Assembly (NCBI GenBank): GCA_963696065.1
Contig: CAVOIF010000007.1
Location: 208,707 to 272,706, forward strand
DNA from: an uncultured Actinomycetota bacterium
GTDB taxonomy: Bacteria > Actinomycetota > Actinomycetes > Mycobacteriales > Nakamurellaceae
Length of the DNA: 64,000 bases
Direction of reading: 5' to 3'
Shown here: positions 1 to 9,814 of the stretch, one piece after another
Position numbering within the stretch: position 1 is the first letter of the stretch
How the letters are laid out: every line of letters starts with the position of its first letter
Position numbers and translations under genes: made by a program
The notes under the pieces: generated by a model
The model's database searches: none
What the model was told of the DNA's origin: nothing
Seen by the model: only the letters and a program-made list of their open reading frames with translations

Positions 1-1207
1 CTTCGCCGGTTCGGTCGACGTCCTTGTGGTCAGCCGAGCCGTTCAGGGCCTGGGCGCCGCGTTGGTCACCCCGACCACCTTGGCCATCATCTCCGCCACC
101 TTCACCGAAGGTCGACAGCGCGCCGCCGCCGTCGGGATCTGGAGTGCCGTCGGCGCTCTCGCGTTGGCGGTGGGTCCGCTGCTCGGTGGCCTGCTCAGTG
201 AATACCTGAGCTGGGGCTGGATCTTCTTCATCAACGTGCCGGTCGGCCTGGCGACCCTGGCGTTGGCTGCGGTGGCCATCCGGGAGTCCCGGGAGGACTC
301 CGGGCCGCGCCGCATCGATGTGCCCGGCGTCATCATCTCGGCCGTAGCACTTTTCGCGCTGACCTTCGCGCTGATCGAGGGCCATGACCGGGGGTGGACC
401 TCGCCGGTCATCCTGGGCGCGTTCGGCATCGCCGCCGTTCTGGGCATCGTCTTCGTGCAGCTGGAGCGGCGGGTTGCCGAGCCGATGGTCGCGATGAGCC
501 TGTTCCGCGAGCGGGTCTTCTCCGGTGGCCTTGTCGCGCTGATGATGTGGGGGTTCGGGCTGTTCGGCATCTACTTCTTCACCTCGCTGTACCTGCAGGG
601 AGTTCTCGGATTCTCACCGACAGAGGCCGGCGCCGCGTTCGTGCCGATGGCCCTGCTGATGGCGGCCGGCGCGGTCATCTCCGAGCGGGTGTCGCATCGG
701 CTCGGCGCGCATCGGGTGGTCGCGGTGGCCATGCTGTTGATGGCCGGCGGCATCGCGTCGGTCAGCCTGCTGGGCGCCGACGCCGGATTCGCCTCGCTGA
801 TGCCGAGTTTCGCCGTCATCGGGATCGGCGGCGGCCTGACGGTTCCGCTGACCGCCAGCGTGCTCGACGCGATGCCGCGCGCCGAGGCCGGAGTCGCGTC
901 CGGCATCTTCAATGCCTCGCGCGAAGTGTCCGGTCTGCTCGGCATCACTGTCGTCGGAGCCGTCCTCACTGCCCGGCAGGCGACCCTGCTGACGGCCGGC
1001 GAGACGCCGACCGAGGCGTTCCTCGGTGGCTACCAGGCGGGTCTGCTGCTCGCCGCGGGTCTGGTCGCAGTGGGTGGGGTGGCAGCCTTCTTCGGGCTCC
1101 GGCCGGCGCGCGGCAGCGTGCGCCCGGATCGCGCCGCCGTCGCGAACGACGAGCCGGTCACCGTCGACGGTGCGGCGACGGTTCCGGTGGCAGTCGCCGG
1201 ATCCTGA
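1..1207 (+). CDS. MFS transporter, DHA2 (EmrB/QacA-like) drug:H+ antiporter, 5'-truncated by window edge
   Basis: Frame is open from base 2. Many TM helices; DHA2-type motifs 'GIWSAVGALALAVGPLLGG' and 'WGWIFFINVPVG'. Confidence 0.88.
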   Translation, partial: FAGSVDVLVVSRAVQGLGAALVTPTTLAIISATFTEGRQRAAAVGIWSAVGALALAVGPLLGGLLSEYLSWGWIFFINVPVGLATLALAAVAIRESREDSGPRRIDVPGVIISAVALFALTFALIEGHDRGWTSPVILGAFGIAAVLGIVFVQLERRVAEPMVAMSLFRERVFSGGLVALMMWGFGLFGIYFFTSLYLQGVLGFSPTEAGAAFVPMALLMAAGAVISERVSHRLGAHRVVAVAMLLMAGGIASVSLLGADAGFASLMPSFAVIGIGGGLTVPLTASVLDAMPRAEAGVASGIFNASREVSGLLGITVVGAVLTARQATLLTAGETPTEAFLGGYQAGLLLAAGLVAVGGVAAFFGLRPARGSVRPDRAAVANDEPVTVDGAATVPVAVAGS

Positions 1208-1243
1208 AGCAGTCACGGGGCTGATGCGGCGGATCGGACCGGG

Positions 1244-2218
1244 CTACCGGTCCGGTCCGCCGGTTTCGGCCATCATCTGCAGGCCGTCGAGCAACCGGTG
1301 CAACCCGAACTCGAACAACGAATCGAGATTCAGCTCGACGTCCTCCGGCGCCAGTACCTTGGCGAACATCGGGAAGTCGCCGGACGACATGATCTCGCCC
1401 ATCTGGGCACCCTGGGTCTCCATCCACTCGTCGCTGGTGAGTCCGCTGTCCAGCTGCGCCTGCGCCTCGGGTTCGATGTTCACCGCGGTTCCGCGGACGA
1501 AATTCGCCAACACGACGGCTGCGTGCAGTTGGTCGGCGGGGGAGAGGCCGAGCTGGTCCAGCATCGTCAGCACCAGCTCGGTGTGCGCCATCGCCGGCGG
1601 GATCAATTGCGGTCTGGTCATCGACACGTACTGGGCCAGCCAGGGGTGTTGCTGGTAGACCGTCCATTGCAGGCGGCACAGTTCCTCCACCCCGGCCCGC
1701 CAGCCCGGGCCGGCAGCGGGTAGCGGGTACGACTGAAAGACGGTCTCTGCCATCAGGAACAGCAATTCGTCCTTACTGCGGACGTGCCGGTACAACGCCA
1801 TGGTCGAGGTGCCGAGTTCGGTGGCGATCCGGCGCATCGCCAGCGCGGCAAGACCTTCGACGTCCGCCACCGCGATGCCGGCGCGGATCACCCGCTCCCG
1901 GCTCAACCCGGTGTCGGCTCCCGATCGGACGTCGATCGCGCCCGTGTCGGCTCTGTCGGGTGCCGAAATCGGACCGATGACGACAGTCCCGACCCCCGGG
2001 ACCGCGCGCACCAGGCCCTCGTGACGCAAGGCGGTCAACACCTTGGTGGCCGTTGCCATCGCCACCCCCCATTCCTGGGTGATCTGTCTGGTCGACGGCA
2101 CCCGGGCGTTCGGCGGCAGTTCACCGGCGGCGATCCGGCGGCGGAGTTCCGCCACGATCCGGACCGACGGCTGATCCGCCACGCTGCGCACCGATGACCG
2201 ACCCGCGACTGACGTCAT
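1244..2218 (-). CDS. Transcriptional regulator: N-terminal GntR wHTH fused to TetR HTH plus TetR_C ligand domain
   Basis: 'ELRRRIAAGELPPNARVPSTRQITQEWGVAMATATKVL' is GntR-like; 'LSRERVIRAGIAVADVEGLAALAMRRIATELGTSTMALYRHV' is TetR-like; C-terminal 'FEFGLHRLLDGL' is TetR_C-like. Confidence 0.88.
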   Translation of the reverse strand: MTSVAGRSSVRSVADQPSVRIVAELRRRIAAGELPPNARVPSTRQITQEWGVAMATATKVLTALRHEGLVRAVPGVGTVVIGPISAPDRADTGAIDVRSGADTGLSRERVIRAGIAVADVEGLAALAMRRIATELGTSTMALYRHVRSKDELLFLMAETVFQSYPLPAAGPGWRAGVEELCRLQWTVYQQHPWLAQYVSMTRPQLIPPAMAHTELVLTMLDQLGLSPADQLHAAVVLANFVRGTAVNIEPEAQAQLDSGLTSDEWMETQGAQMGEIMSSGDFPMFAKVLAPEDVELNLDSLFEFGLHRLLDGLQMMAETGGPDR

Positions 2219-2264
2219 GGTTCCTCCAAGAACTTTCCTCGACCGCTTGCCGCGCCTTGCGTAC

Positions 2265-2376
2265 TAGTGCACCATCCGCCGACACCCGATGAGATGCGTC
2301 AACCGGAGCCGTCGTCCGGCGACATTGTGCTCAGCGGTTCCATCGGTGCACTACTTTCGTGAAGTCTAGTGCACTA
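2265..2376. promoter_or_regulatory. Three copies of a TAGTGCAC(C/T)A palindromic operator-like motif
   Basis: TAGTGCACCA at 2265-2274, GGTGCACTA at 2345-2353 (reverse orientation) and the perfect palindrome TAGTGCACTA at 2367-2376, all in the divergent intergenic region. Confidence 0.6.
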
Positions 2377-2428
2377 TGCGGTAGTCGGCCAACGGGAGAC
2401 GGCGTCGCTGATTCGAGGACGATTGGTT

Positions 2429-2465
2429 TACGGCGTACGCAGATGGGTGTACAACGTACGCAGAT
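2429..2465. promoter_or_regulatory. Tandem TACnnCGTACGCAGAT operator-like repeat
   Basis: tacggcgtacgcagat (2429-2444) and tacaacgtacgcagat (2450-2465): 14/16 identical, 21-bp period, just upstream of the ABC ATPase RBS. Confidence 0.6.
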
Positions 2466-2491
2466 CATCCATCAATCCTCGGAGGAAGCCC

Positions 2492-3472
2492 ATGGACCAC
2501 GACCCGGCCATCCTGGCCACCGGTCTGACGAAGTCGTTCGGCTCATCAACGGTGCTGGACGGCATCGACCTGCAGGTTCCGCGGGGCAGTGTCTTTGCGC
2601 TGCTCGGTCCGAACGGTGCCGGCAAGACCACGATCGTGCGGATCCTCTCGACGCTGCTGCGTCCGGACGCCGGCCGGGCGTCGGTTGCCGGGTTCGACGT
2701 GCTGCGCGATCGCGGCGAGGTGCGCCGGCGGATCAGCCTGACCGGACAGAGCGTCGCGATCGACGAACTGCAGACCGGCGAGGAGAACCTGCGCATGATG
2801 GCTCGGCTCTCCGGCTTGAACCCGCGGGACTCCCGGCGTCGGGCCACCGATCTGCTCGCGCAGTTCGACCTGTCCGATGCCGGCCGACGCGCAGTCGTGA
2901 AGTACTCCGGCGGCATGCGTCGCCGGCTGGATCTGGCGGCCGGTTTGGTCGGTCGACCATCGGTGATCTTCCTCGACGAGCCGACCACGGGTTTGGACCT
3001 GCCGAGCCGGCAGGCCATGTGGCGGATCCTCGACGAATTCGTGACGACCGGTGTCACCGTCTTCCTGACCACCCAGTACCTGGAGGAAGCCGATCAACTC
3101 GCCGACCACATCGCGGTGATGAACGGCGGCTCGATCGTGGCGCAGGGCTCCCCGGCGACGCTCAAGGCGCAGGTCGCCGACCAACGACTCGACATCACGC
3201 TGGTCGACGCCGTGGCGCTGGACGCCGCGGTGGGCCGGCTCGGCGACAGGGTCATCACCGTCGATCGGGTGCAGTTGACCATTGGTATCGGCACCGACGG
3301 GAGCGCATCGCACATCCGCGGCGTGCTCGACGAGATCGATCCCGATGGTGCCGCCGTGGCCTCGTTCGTCGTGCACCAGGCGACGCTCGACGACGTCTTC
3401 CTCGCCCTGACCGGCCATGTCCCTGCGCCGTCCGGCGCCACCACCACAGAGCAGGAGCCAGCACATGTCTGA
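2492..3472 (+). CDS. ABC transporter ATP-binding protein (DrrA-like exporter)
   Basis: Walker A GPNGAGKT, signature YSGGMRRRLD, Walker B IFLDEPT. ATG 2492 follows a GGAGG RBS. Confidence 0.92.
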   Translation: MDHDPAILATGLTKSFGSSTVLDGIDLQVPRGSVFALLGPNGAGKTTIVRILSTLLRPDAGRASVAGFDVLRDRGEVRRRISLTGQSVAIDELQTGEENLRMMARLSGLNPRDSRRRATDLLAQFDLSDAGRRAVVKYSGGMRRRLDLAAGLVGRPSVIFLDEPTTGLDLPSRQAMWRILDEFVTTGVTVFLTTQYLEEADQLADHIAVMNGGSIVAQGSPATLKAQVADQRLDITLVDAVALDAAVGRLGDRVITVDRVQLTIGIGTDGSASHIRGVLDEIDPDGAAVASFVVHQATLDDVFLALTGHVPAPSGATTTEQEPAHV

Positions 3473-4280
3473 CATCGCCGTGACCGACCGCAACCTGCTT
3501 TCGGCGGCCGCCGGGGGCATCCGGCAACCGAACCTGCTGGGCGACTCGGCGACGATGATCGTTCGCAGCCTTCGGCTGAGCCGGCGCAACGTGGAGGTGT
3601 TGCTCACCTCGCTGATCCTGCCGGTCATCCTGATGCTGCTGTTCGTCTATCTGTTCGGCGGGGCGATCAACACCGGGACCGAATACGTGTCCTACGTGGT
3701 GCCGGGTGTGCTGGTGTTGTGCGCCGGATTCGGCTCCGCCACCACGGCGATCAGTGTCAGTCAGGACATGCACAACGGGATCATGGACCGCTTCCGGTCG
3801 CTGGACGTCAGCGGTGCCGCGGTGGTCTGCGGGCACGTCGCCGCCAGCGTGGTGCGGAACGCCGCCTCCACCGTGCTGGTTTTCGCCGTTGCGTTCGCCA
3901 TCGGGTTTCGTTCGGCGGCAGGCCTTCTCGACTGGCTGGCCGCCGGTGGCATCCTGTTGCTGTTCATCGTCGCCATCTCGGCGCTGGCCGCGTTGGTCGG
4001 TCTGCTGGCCCGATCACCCGAGGCCGCCAACGGTTTCACCTTCATTCTGATGTTCCTGCCCTACGCCAGCAGTGCTTTCGTCCCGATCAGCACCATGCCG
4101 GGCTGGCTGCAGGGCTTCTCCGGACATCAGCCGGTGACGCCGGTGATCGAGAGCGTCCGCGGGTTGCTGCTCGGCACTCCGGTCGGCGACAGCCCGCTGT
4201 GGGCGATCGCGTGGTGCACCGGCATCTTCGTGGTCGCGGTGGCGTTGTCGACGCTCGCCTTCCGTCGTCGCACATCCTGA
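3465..4280 (+). CDS. ABC-2 type permease (DrrB-like)
   Basis: Six hydrophobic segments; 'YVVPGVLVL' and 'GIMDRFRSL' ABC-2 motifs; overlaps the ATPase stop; AGGAG RBS. Confidence 0.9.
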   Translation: MSDIAVTDRNLLSAAAGGIRQPNLLGDSATMIVRSLRLSRRNVEVLLTSLILPVILMLLFVYLFGGAINTGTEYVSYVVPGVLVLCAGFGSATTAISVSQDMHNGIMDRFRSLDVSGAAVVCGHVAASVVRNAASTVLVFAVAFAIGFRSAAGLLDWLAAGGILLLFIVAISALAALVGLLARSPEAANGFTFILMFLPYASSAFVPISTMPGWLQGFSGHQPVTPVIESVRGLLLGTPVGDSPLWAIAWCTGIFVVAVALSTLAFRRRTS

Positions 4281-4289
4281 TTCTTCGTG

Positions 4290-5114
4290 TCAGTGCGCGC
4301 GAACGGCAGCGATCACCGGGGCGAACAGCTCGGCCAGGTCGCCGGGCACGATGTACTCGTCGATACCGAGGTTCGCGTGGCGGCGCAGCAGGGTGGCCGC
4401 CACCTCGTCGGCATCGCCCATCAGCATGCCGACCGCACGATGCTCGATCATCTCGTCGGCAGTGGGGCCGTTGTGGCGCAGCCATTCCGGCAGTTGCCCG
4501 GACATCCCCGACAACTGCTGGCTCAGCCCGACCGGACGGGTGGCGACCGCCTGCACCCGCTCGACGGCGGCGGTCAGTTCTCTGCCGTCGGCCAACGGTG
4601 GCAGGGCCAGCGCGATGCGATCGGCAGTGCTGCCGGCCAGCTCCAACATCCGCGGCCCGACCGCGGCCATGACCACCGGCGGCGCCGGATTCACCTTCGA
4701 CCTGACCTCGGCAGCCACCCGGATCACCTGTTCACGGCGATCGGCGGCAGACCCCCACGGCACCCCGAGTTGACCCGCCTCCCGTTCCGCGTCCGGTCGG
4801 CCGGTCCCGATGCCGAGTTCGAACCGGCCGTCCGACAGTGCCTGCAGGGCAGCGGTTTCCCTGGCGACGACGGCCGGCGAACGCAACGGCGCAGCCAGCA
4901 CCCAGGTGCGCAGCCGGATGTCACTGGTGACCGCAGCTGCGGCGGCCAGCGCGGGAAACGGCGACACGGTCCACAGCGTGTCCGGGACCAGCACACTGGT
5001 CCAGCCCTGCTGCTCCGCCGCCCGGATCCGCTCAGCCCACTGGTTGCCGGTGCCGCTGGGGGTCAGCACCAGGCCGAAGGCGATATCGGTGTCTTTCACG
5101 TCGCTGTCTGTCAT
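4290..5114 (-). CDS. LLM-class (luciferase-like) flavin/F420-dependent oxidoreductase
   Basis: 'AEQQGWTSVLVPDTL', 'LSDGRFELGIGTG', 'MAAVGPRMLELAG' are typical LLM motifs. Confidence 0.82.
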   Translation of the reverse strand: MTDSDVKDTDIAFGLVLTPSGTGNQWAERIRAAEQQGWTSVLVPDTLWTVSPFPALAAAAAVTSDIRLRTWVLAAPLRSPAVVARETAALQALSDGRFELGIGTGRPDAEREAGQLGVPWGSAADRREQVIRVAAEVRSKVNPAPPVVMAAVGPRMLELAGSTADRIALALPPLADGRELTAAVERVQAVATRPVGLSQQLSGMSGQLPEWLRHNGPTADEMIEHRAVGMLMGDADEVAATLLRRHANLGIDEYIVPGDLAELFAPVIAAVRAH

Positions 5115-5182
5115 GAATTCACGGTGCCACCATCGGTCCGCCGCAGGTGTGGGGGTTTCGCCCGATGCGACCCTGATTCCAC

Positions 5183-6070
5183 TCAGCCCGCTGCGACGAC
5201 CTTCATGACCTCGTCGAGCTTGTCGGGAACCCAGAAGGACAGGTGTCCGCCCGGGCTGTGCCGGATCTCAGCACCGGCGGGGCCCAGACTGTCCGCGAAG
5301 GCGCAGAACGGATCGCGGACGCCGGCGAACACGTGCAGCGGAACCTGAAACGTGCTCAGGTCCACGTTCCACGGTGCGCCCCATAGGGTCAGCGCATCTG
5401 CGGCAAACGCATGTGGCTGTCGTTTCCCCTCGATCGTGGCAGGTACCACGTACCGAACGACTTCGGGTCGCTGCAGCACCTCGAGGTCCGTCGGGTCGAA
5501 CGACCGCCGCTGGATCGCCCGGGCGAGCCGCCCGCCGTCTGCCTCCAACGGCTTGACCAGGAGCCGGAAGACCCGCGGATGGTCGCGCGCGATGCCGATC
5601 ACCATCCGGTTCTGCCGGGGGAGCAGGGCAAGAACGGCATCGTCCGACGGCGGCCCCGGGTTGAGCGCGACACCGGCCCTGATCACCGTGGGTGCCGCCG
5701 ACGCCAACGCGAGAACGTGGCTGCCACCGCCGGAAAGGCCCAACGCCACCGGTCGATCGGCCCCGACGTGTGCGACCACGGCGGCGGTATCGGCAACCAC
5801 ATCGAGCACGGTCCGGCCCGGCTGCCGATCCGACCCACCGCTGCCGGGACGGTCCCAGGCGACCAGTCGGACGCCGTGCGCGGCAGCAGCAGCGCCGTAC
5901 AGCCCGACCTCGAGCCGCGAGCTTCCGGTGCCGTGCAGGTACACAGCGATCTCACCATCCGGGTCACCCGTCTCGCACAGTGCGATCCGGCGTCCGTTGG
6001 CCAGCACCAGGGGGTCCAGCTGTCGCAGACCTTCGGGCGCGGGTTCTTCAGACGCGGAAGTGTCCGGCAT
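5183..6070 (-). CDS. Alpha/beta fold hydrolase
   Basis: 'YLHGTGSSR', 'WDRPGSGGS', nucleophile motif GLSGGG, C-terminal 'GGHLS'. Confidence 0.85.
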   Translation of the reverse strand: MPDTSASEEPAPEGLRQLDPLVLANGRRIALCETGDPDGEIAVYLHGTGSSRLEVGLYGAAAAAHGVRLVAWDRPGSGGSDRQPGRTVLDVVADTAAVVAHVGADRPVALGLSGGGSHVLALASAAPTVIRAGVALNPGPPSDDAVLALLPRQNRMVIGIARDHPRVFRLLVKPLEADGGRLARAIQRRSFDPTDLEVLQRPEVVRYVVPATIEGKRQPHAFAADALTLWGAPWNVDLSTFQVPLHVFAGVRDPFCAFADSLGPAGAEIRHSPGGHLSFWVPDKLDEVMKVVAAG

Positions 6071-7476
6071 CAGAACACCTTTCCGGGGTTGAAGACGGCG
6101 AGTGGGTCGAGAGCGTGCTTCACCGCTCGCTGCATCAGCAGCGAGGCCGGATCGAGCTCACGTTCCAGGCCCTTCATCTTGAGCAGGCCGACGCCATGCT
6201 CTGCGGTCACCGTGCCGCCGAGAGCTATTGCTGCGTCCAGCATCTGCTCGAAAGCGAGCTGAGCGCGGACCCGGGCCGCGTCGTCACCGACCGGCGCGGG
6301 CATCAGCGGGTGCAGGTTACCGTCGCCGGCGTGGGCGATGGTGGCGATGGCGACGTCGTTGCGGGCCGCGATCTCCTCGATCGCCGCGAGCATCTCCGGG
6401 ACCTTCGATCGGGGTACGCAGATGTCCTCGGTGAGCACCGGGCCGAGCCGCTCCAGTGCGGGGTAGGCGAGCCGACGCGCCTCGAACAACGCCTCCGCCT
6501 CGACGGCGTCGGTCGACCGCGTCGCCCACAGAGCGCCGGCCTGCTCGAAAGCCTCGGTGAGCAAACGGGCCTCGTCCTCACCGGCATCGCCCGGGGTGTC
6601 CACCCTGGCCAACAACAATGCCGTCGCATCGGCCTCGATGCCGAGATGTTTCCAGTCCTCGACCGCCTGCAGGCAGGTCCGGTCCAGCAGCTCGAGGGCC
6701 GACGGGGTCAGTCCGCGCCGGGTGATCAACGCGACGCCCTGACCGGCGTCGACCAGTGAGCCGAAGGCGCCGACCACCGTCTGCGGCGTCCCGGTCAACG
6801 CCGGCCGGACGCGCAGGGTGATCTCGGTGATCACCCCGAGGGTTCCCTCCGAGCCGACCATCAAGCCGACCATGTCAAGCCCGGCAACGCCTTTCGTGGT
6901 GCGGCGGCCCAGCCGTACCGCCGCCCCGTAGCCGGCCGGGCCACCGACAACGGCCCGCAGCCCGAGCACGTAATCCCTGGTCACCCCGTACTTCAGGCAG
7001 CACAGCCCACCGGCGTTGGTGGCGACATTGCCGCCGATGGTCGACCAGGGCGCGCTCGCCGGGTCCGGCGGGTACCACAGGCCCTGCTCGGCGAGAACGG
7101 CTTTGAGGTCGTTGTTCACCACGCCCGGCTGTACGACGCAGATCAGGTTTTCCGGGTCGATCTCCACGATGGCGTTCATCCGGGAAAGATCGAGGATCAG
7201 GCAGCCGTCGACGGCGTTCGCCCCACCCGACAGGCCGGTCCCTGCGCCGCGGGTCACGATCGGCACACCCAGGCCGGCGGCGATCCGAACGGCCGCCGCG
7301 ACCTCCGTTTCGCTGCGCGCCCTGACCGCGACGTCGGCCCGGCCGACGGCCGCCCACTGCGCCTGGTCGGCCGACAGGCCGTCGATCACCGCCGGATCGA
7401 CAACGATGCGGTCGGCGGGTATCTCGCGACCGAGCGCGGCGAGCAGGTCCTGGTTCGGCGGCGCGATCGCGGTCAT
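6070..7476 (-). CDS. FAD-linked oxidase (glycolate oxidase GlcD / D-lactate dehydrogenase family)
   Basis: 'RGAGTGLSGGA', 'PPDPAS...STIGGNVATNAGG', 'HAGDGNLHP', 'AEHGVG'. Start trimmed to the ATG at 7476, which is coupled to the upstream stop. Confidence 0.9.
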   Translation of the reverse strand: MTAIAPPNQDLLAALGREIPADRIVVDPAVIDGLSADQAQWAAVGRADVAVRARSETEVAAAVRIAAGLGVPIVTRGAGTGLSGGANAVDGCLILDLSRMNAIVEIDPENLICVVQPGVVNNDLKAVLAEQGLWYPPDPASAPWSTIGGNVATNAGGLCCLKYGVTRDYVLGLRAVVGGPAGYGAAVRLGRRTTKGVAGLDMVGLMVGSEGTLGVITEITLRVRPALTGTPQTVVGAFGSLVDAGQGVALITRRGLTPSALELLDRTCLQAVEDWKHLGIEADATALLLARVDTPGDAGEDEARLLTEAFEQAGALWATRSTDAVEAEALFEARRLAYPALERLGPVLTEDICVPRSKVPEMLAAIEEIAARNDVAIATIAHAGDGNLHPLMPAPVGDDAARVRAQLAFEQMLDAAIALGGTVTAEHGVGLLKMKGLERELDPASLLMQRAVKHALDPLAVFNPGKVF

Positions 7477-8330
7477 CCGACGGCCCCCGCGAGCAGCTGT
7501 GCCGTTGCCCTCGCACCCTTTTCGGTCATGATGCTGCCCGCATGATCCACACCCTCGACGAAAACCGTGCGCACCGTGGCCGGGCGGAACTGCTCCACCG
7601 ACTCGGTCGGGTATCCGGGTGGCCGGCCCGGACCGGCGCCCCATTCGGCGTGCAGGAAGCGGATCGGCACAGCAACCTGCTCCCAATGGTTGTCGCCGAA
7701 GTAGACGTCCTGAGCGTCGTCGAGCAGATTGCTCGCGGAGAGTTGCACCAACCCGTCGCGCAGGTCGTGCGCCAGGTAGTCGCGCAGTAGCGGGTCGGCC
7801 GGATCGAGCAGCGGTGTGGTGTTCGCGACGAAGAAGTCCAGATACTGCTGAACCGAATCCCACCGCTGGTCGAGTCGAGCAAGCCGATCCGCGAAGACCG
7901 CCGGCAGCGCCTCCGGGGTCAGCCCGGGCGGTGTCGGCATCGGGAAGCCACCGTCGACGAGAGTGAGGCTGTCGACCCTCCCGGGATGGGCGTAGGCGAG
8001 TTCCACCCCGACGAAACCGCCCATCGACATCCCACAGACATGGACCCGGTCGACCTCCAGTTGGTCGAGCAGTGCGATCAGGTCGGCCACGTGCCGGCCC
8101 AACGATGACGGACCCTTGACCTCGGCGCTGTCGGCCCTACCGCGCAGGTCGGGAGCGATCAGCGTGAGCTCGGGTGATACCCGGTGTAGCCAGTTCCACA
8201 GTTTGCGCTGGCTGCTGATCCCGTGGATCGCCAACACCGGCGCGGTACTGCCCGGCAGCACCTCGAAGGCCAGTTCACCGCCGTCCACGGATGCGCGACC
8301 GGGTCCGGGTGGCAACCACTTGGTCACCAC
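7473..8330 (-). CDS. Alpha/beta fold hydrolase
   Basis: 'AIHGISS', 'PDLRGRADS', nucleophile motif GMSMGG, 'VDH' near the C-terminus. Confidence 0.85.
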   Translation of the reverse strand: MVTKWLPPGPGRASVDGGELAFEVLPGSTAPVLAIHGISSQRKLWNWLHRVSPELTLIAPDLRGRADSAEVKGPSSLGRHVADLIALLDQLEVDRVHVCGMSMGGFVGVELAYAHPGRVDSLTLVDGGFPMPTPPGLTPEALPAVFADRLARLDQRWDSVQQYLDFFVANTTPLLDPADPLLRDYLAHDLRDGLVQLSASNLLDDAQDVYFGDNHWEQVAVPIRFLHAEWGAGPGRPPGYPTESVEQFRPATVRTVFVEGVDHAGSIMTEKGARATAQLLAGAVG

Positions 8331-8334
8331 CGGC

Positions 8335-9024
8335 TCACCAGCCCCGCCGGCGCCACTCGGGGAGCTGCGGCCGTTCCGTGCCGAGCGTGGTGTCGTCGCC
8401 GTGTCCCGGGTACACCCAAGTGTCGTCCGGCAGTTCGCCGAAGACCCGGCTCTCCAGATCGTCCATCAGCGACGAGAAGGCCTCCGGTGAGCGGGTTTTG
8501 CCCGGTCCACCCGGGAACAGCGAGTCACCGGTGAACAAGTGCCCGACACCCTCTGGGTCCCGGTACAGCAGGGCGACCGAGCCCGGGGTGTGACCGCGGA
8601 GCGAGATCACCTCGAGTTGGCAGGTGCCGAGCGGCACGGTGTCGCCGTGCTCGAGCGCGACATCGGTAGTCCCCGGGATGTCCGGCGCGTCGGCGGCGCC
8701 GGCGAATGTCTGTGCTCCGGTGGCCGCCGTCACGGCCTCCAGCGCCTGCCAATGGTCGTAGTGCTGGTGGGTGGTGATGATGCTGCGCAGCGGCGTCGCC
8801 GGGTCGCCCGCCAGCAGGGCCTGGATCCGGTCCGCGTCGTTGGCGGCATCGATCAGCACCCCCTCGCCGGTGTGCCGGCAGACCAGCAGGTAGGCGTTGT
8901 TGTCCATCGGGCCGACCGACAGCTTGGCGATGGTGATGTCGGGCAACTCCCGGGTCGCCGGCGAGCCGCCCGGCTCGACGTGGCCGGTGTAGGAGTTGTC
9001 GTTTGCTGTGTTCGTCACGGTCAT
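8335..9024 (-). CDS. MBL-fold metallo-hydrolase (glyoxalase II-like)
   Basis: THQHYDH metal motif, 'GHTPGS', 'FTGDSLFPGG', 'YPGHG'. Confidence 0.92.
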   Translation of the reverse strand: MTVTNTANDNSYTGHVEPGGSPATRELPDITIAKLSVGPMDNNAYLLVCRHTGEGVLIDAANDADRIQALLAGDPATPLRSIITTHQHYDHWQALEAVTAATGAQTFAGAADAPDIPGTTDVALEHGDTVPLGTCQLEVISLRGHTPGSVALLYRDPEGVGHLFTGDSLFPGGPGKTRSPEAFSSLMDDLESRVFGELPDDTWVYPGHGDDTTLGTERPQLPEWRRRGW

Positions 9025-9749
9025 CACCAGTTCGGCAGTTCGGGCAGCGGTTGGTCGGAAGTCAGTGTCGATCCGTTGGTGCGGCCGGCCAGCCAGCCGA
9101 CGATGTCGACTGCCCTGCCGTGGATGTCGGCCCCACCGTCGCCGATCGTGATCGGATCGGCGTTCTCCGGGTGCAGGGTCATCCCGCGGACGTCCCTGGT
9201 ACGGACGTAGGTCCGCAGCAGGGCCAACAGCAACCGGTGTGCCTGCGCGTCGTCCAGCAGCGCCAGTCCGTCGTCGAATCCCAGGTCGTGATGGTGCAGT
9301 TCCACCTCGGCCAGCCTGGCGGACAGGACCACATCGGCAGTGGTCGGGCCGCCGCGTCCAAGGTCAACCGTCGACGACCACACCGGTTCGGGCAGCGACG
9401 CGAGAGTGTCCGCGAGTCGATGCTGGGCGGCCAGCAGATCGCCGGCAATCGCATCGGTGCCCCGGGCGGCTCCGGTGTCGATGTCGTGCGCCCGCGCAGC
9501 GGGCGAGTCGTAGGGCGTGACCTGACGACCCTCCTGGGCGGCGAGCAGCACCCGACGCAGCCCGTCGGCATTGCGCGCCAAGTGCGTCGCCACGTGGCCG
9601 ACCGTCCAGTCGGGCAGCCGGGACGGCGCGGCGAAGGCCGTGGCACCGCTGCGTTCCCGGGCCTGGTCGATCGCATTCTGCAATCGCGCGGTCGCGTCGC
9701 CGACGGCCTCGATCCGGGCCGGGACATCCGAGTTTGTGGGAGTAGCCAT
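9024..9749 (-). CDS. Maleylpyruvate isomerase family mycothiol-dependent enzyme
   Basis: 'SRLPDWTVGHVATHLARNAD' and 'RLAEVELHHHDLG' are MDMPI family motifs. Confidence 0.88.
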   Translation of the reverse strand: MATPTNSDVPARIEAVGDATARLQNAIDQARERSGATAFAAPSRLPDWTVGHVATHLARNADGLRRVLLAAQEGRQVTPYDSPAARAHDIDTGAARGTDAIAGDLLAAQHRLADTLASLPEPVWSSTVDLGRGGPTTADVVLSARLAEVELHHHDLGFDDGLALLDDAQAHRLLLALLRTYVRTRDVRGMTLHPENADPITIGDGGADIHGRAVDIVGWLAGRTNGSTLTSDQPLPELPNW

Positions 9750-9814
9750 GCGAACATCTTGAACGAACCGCGACCGTTGGGCCGGGTGACCCCCGACAGC
9801 CCGGCCGGTGCCGG

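Noticed and set aside
6070-7863. Extended ORF-finder starts (e.g. 7863, 9977, 12333, 16220, 39769, 51616, 63890)
   Set aside because: The extensions overlap neighbouring genes and lack family motifs; starts were trimmed to coupled, RBS-supported or leaderless positions.
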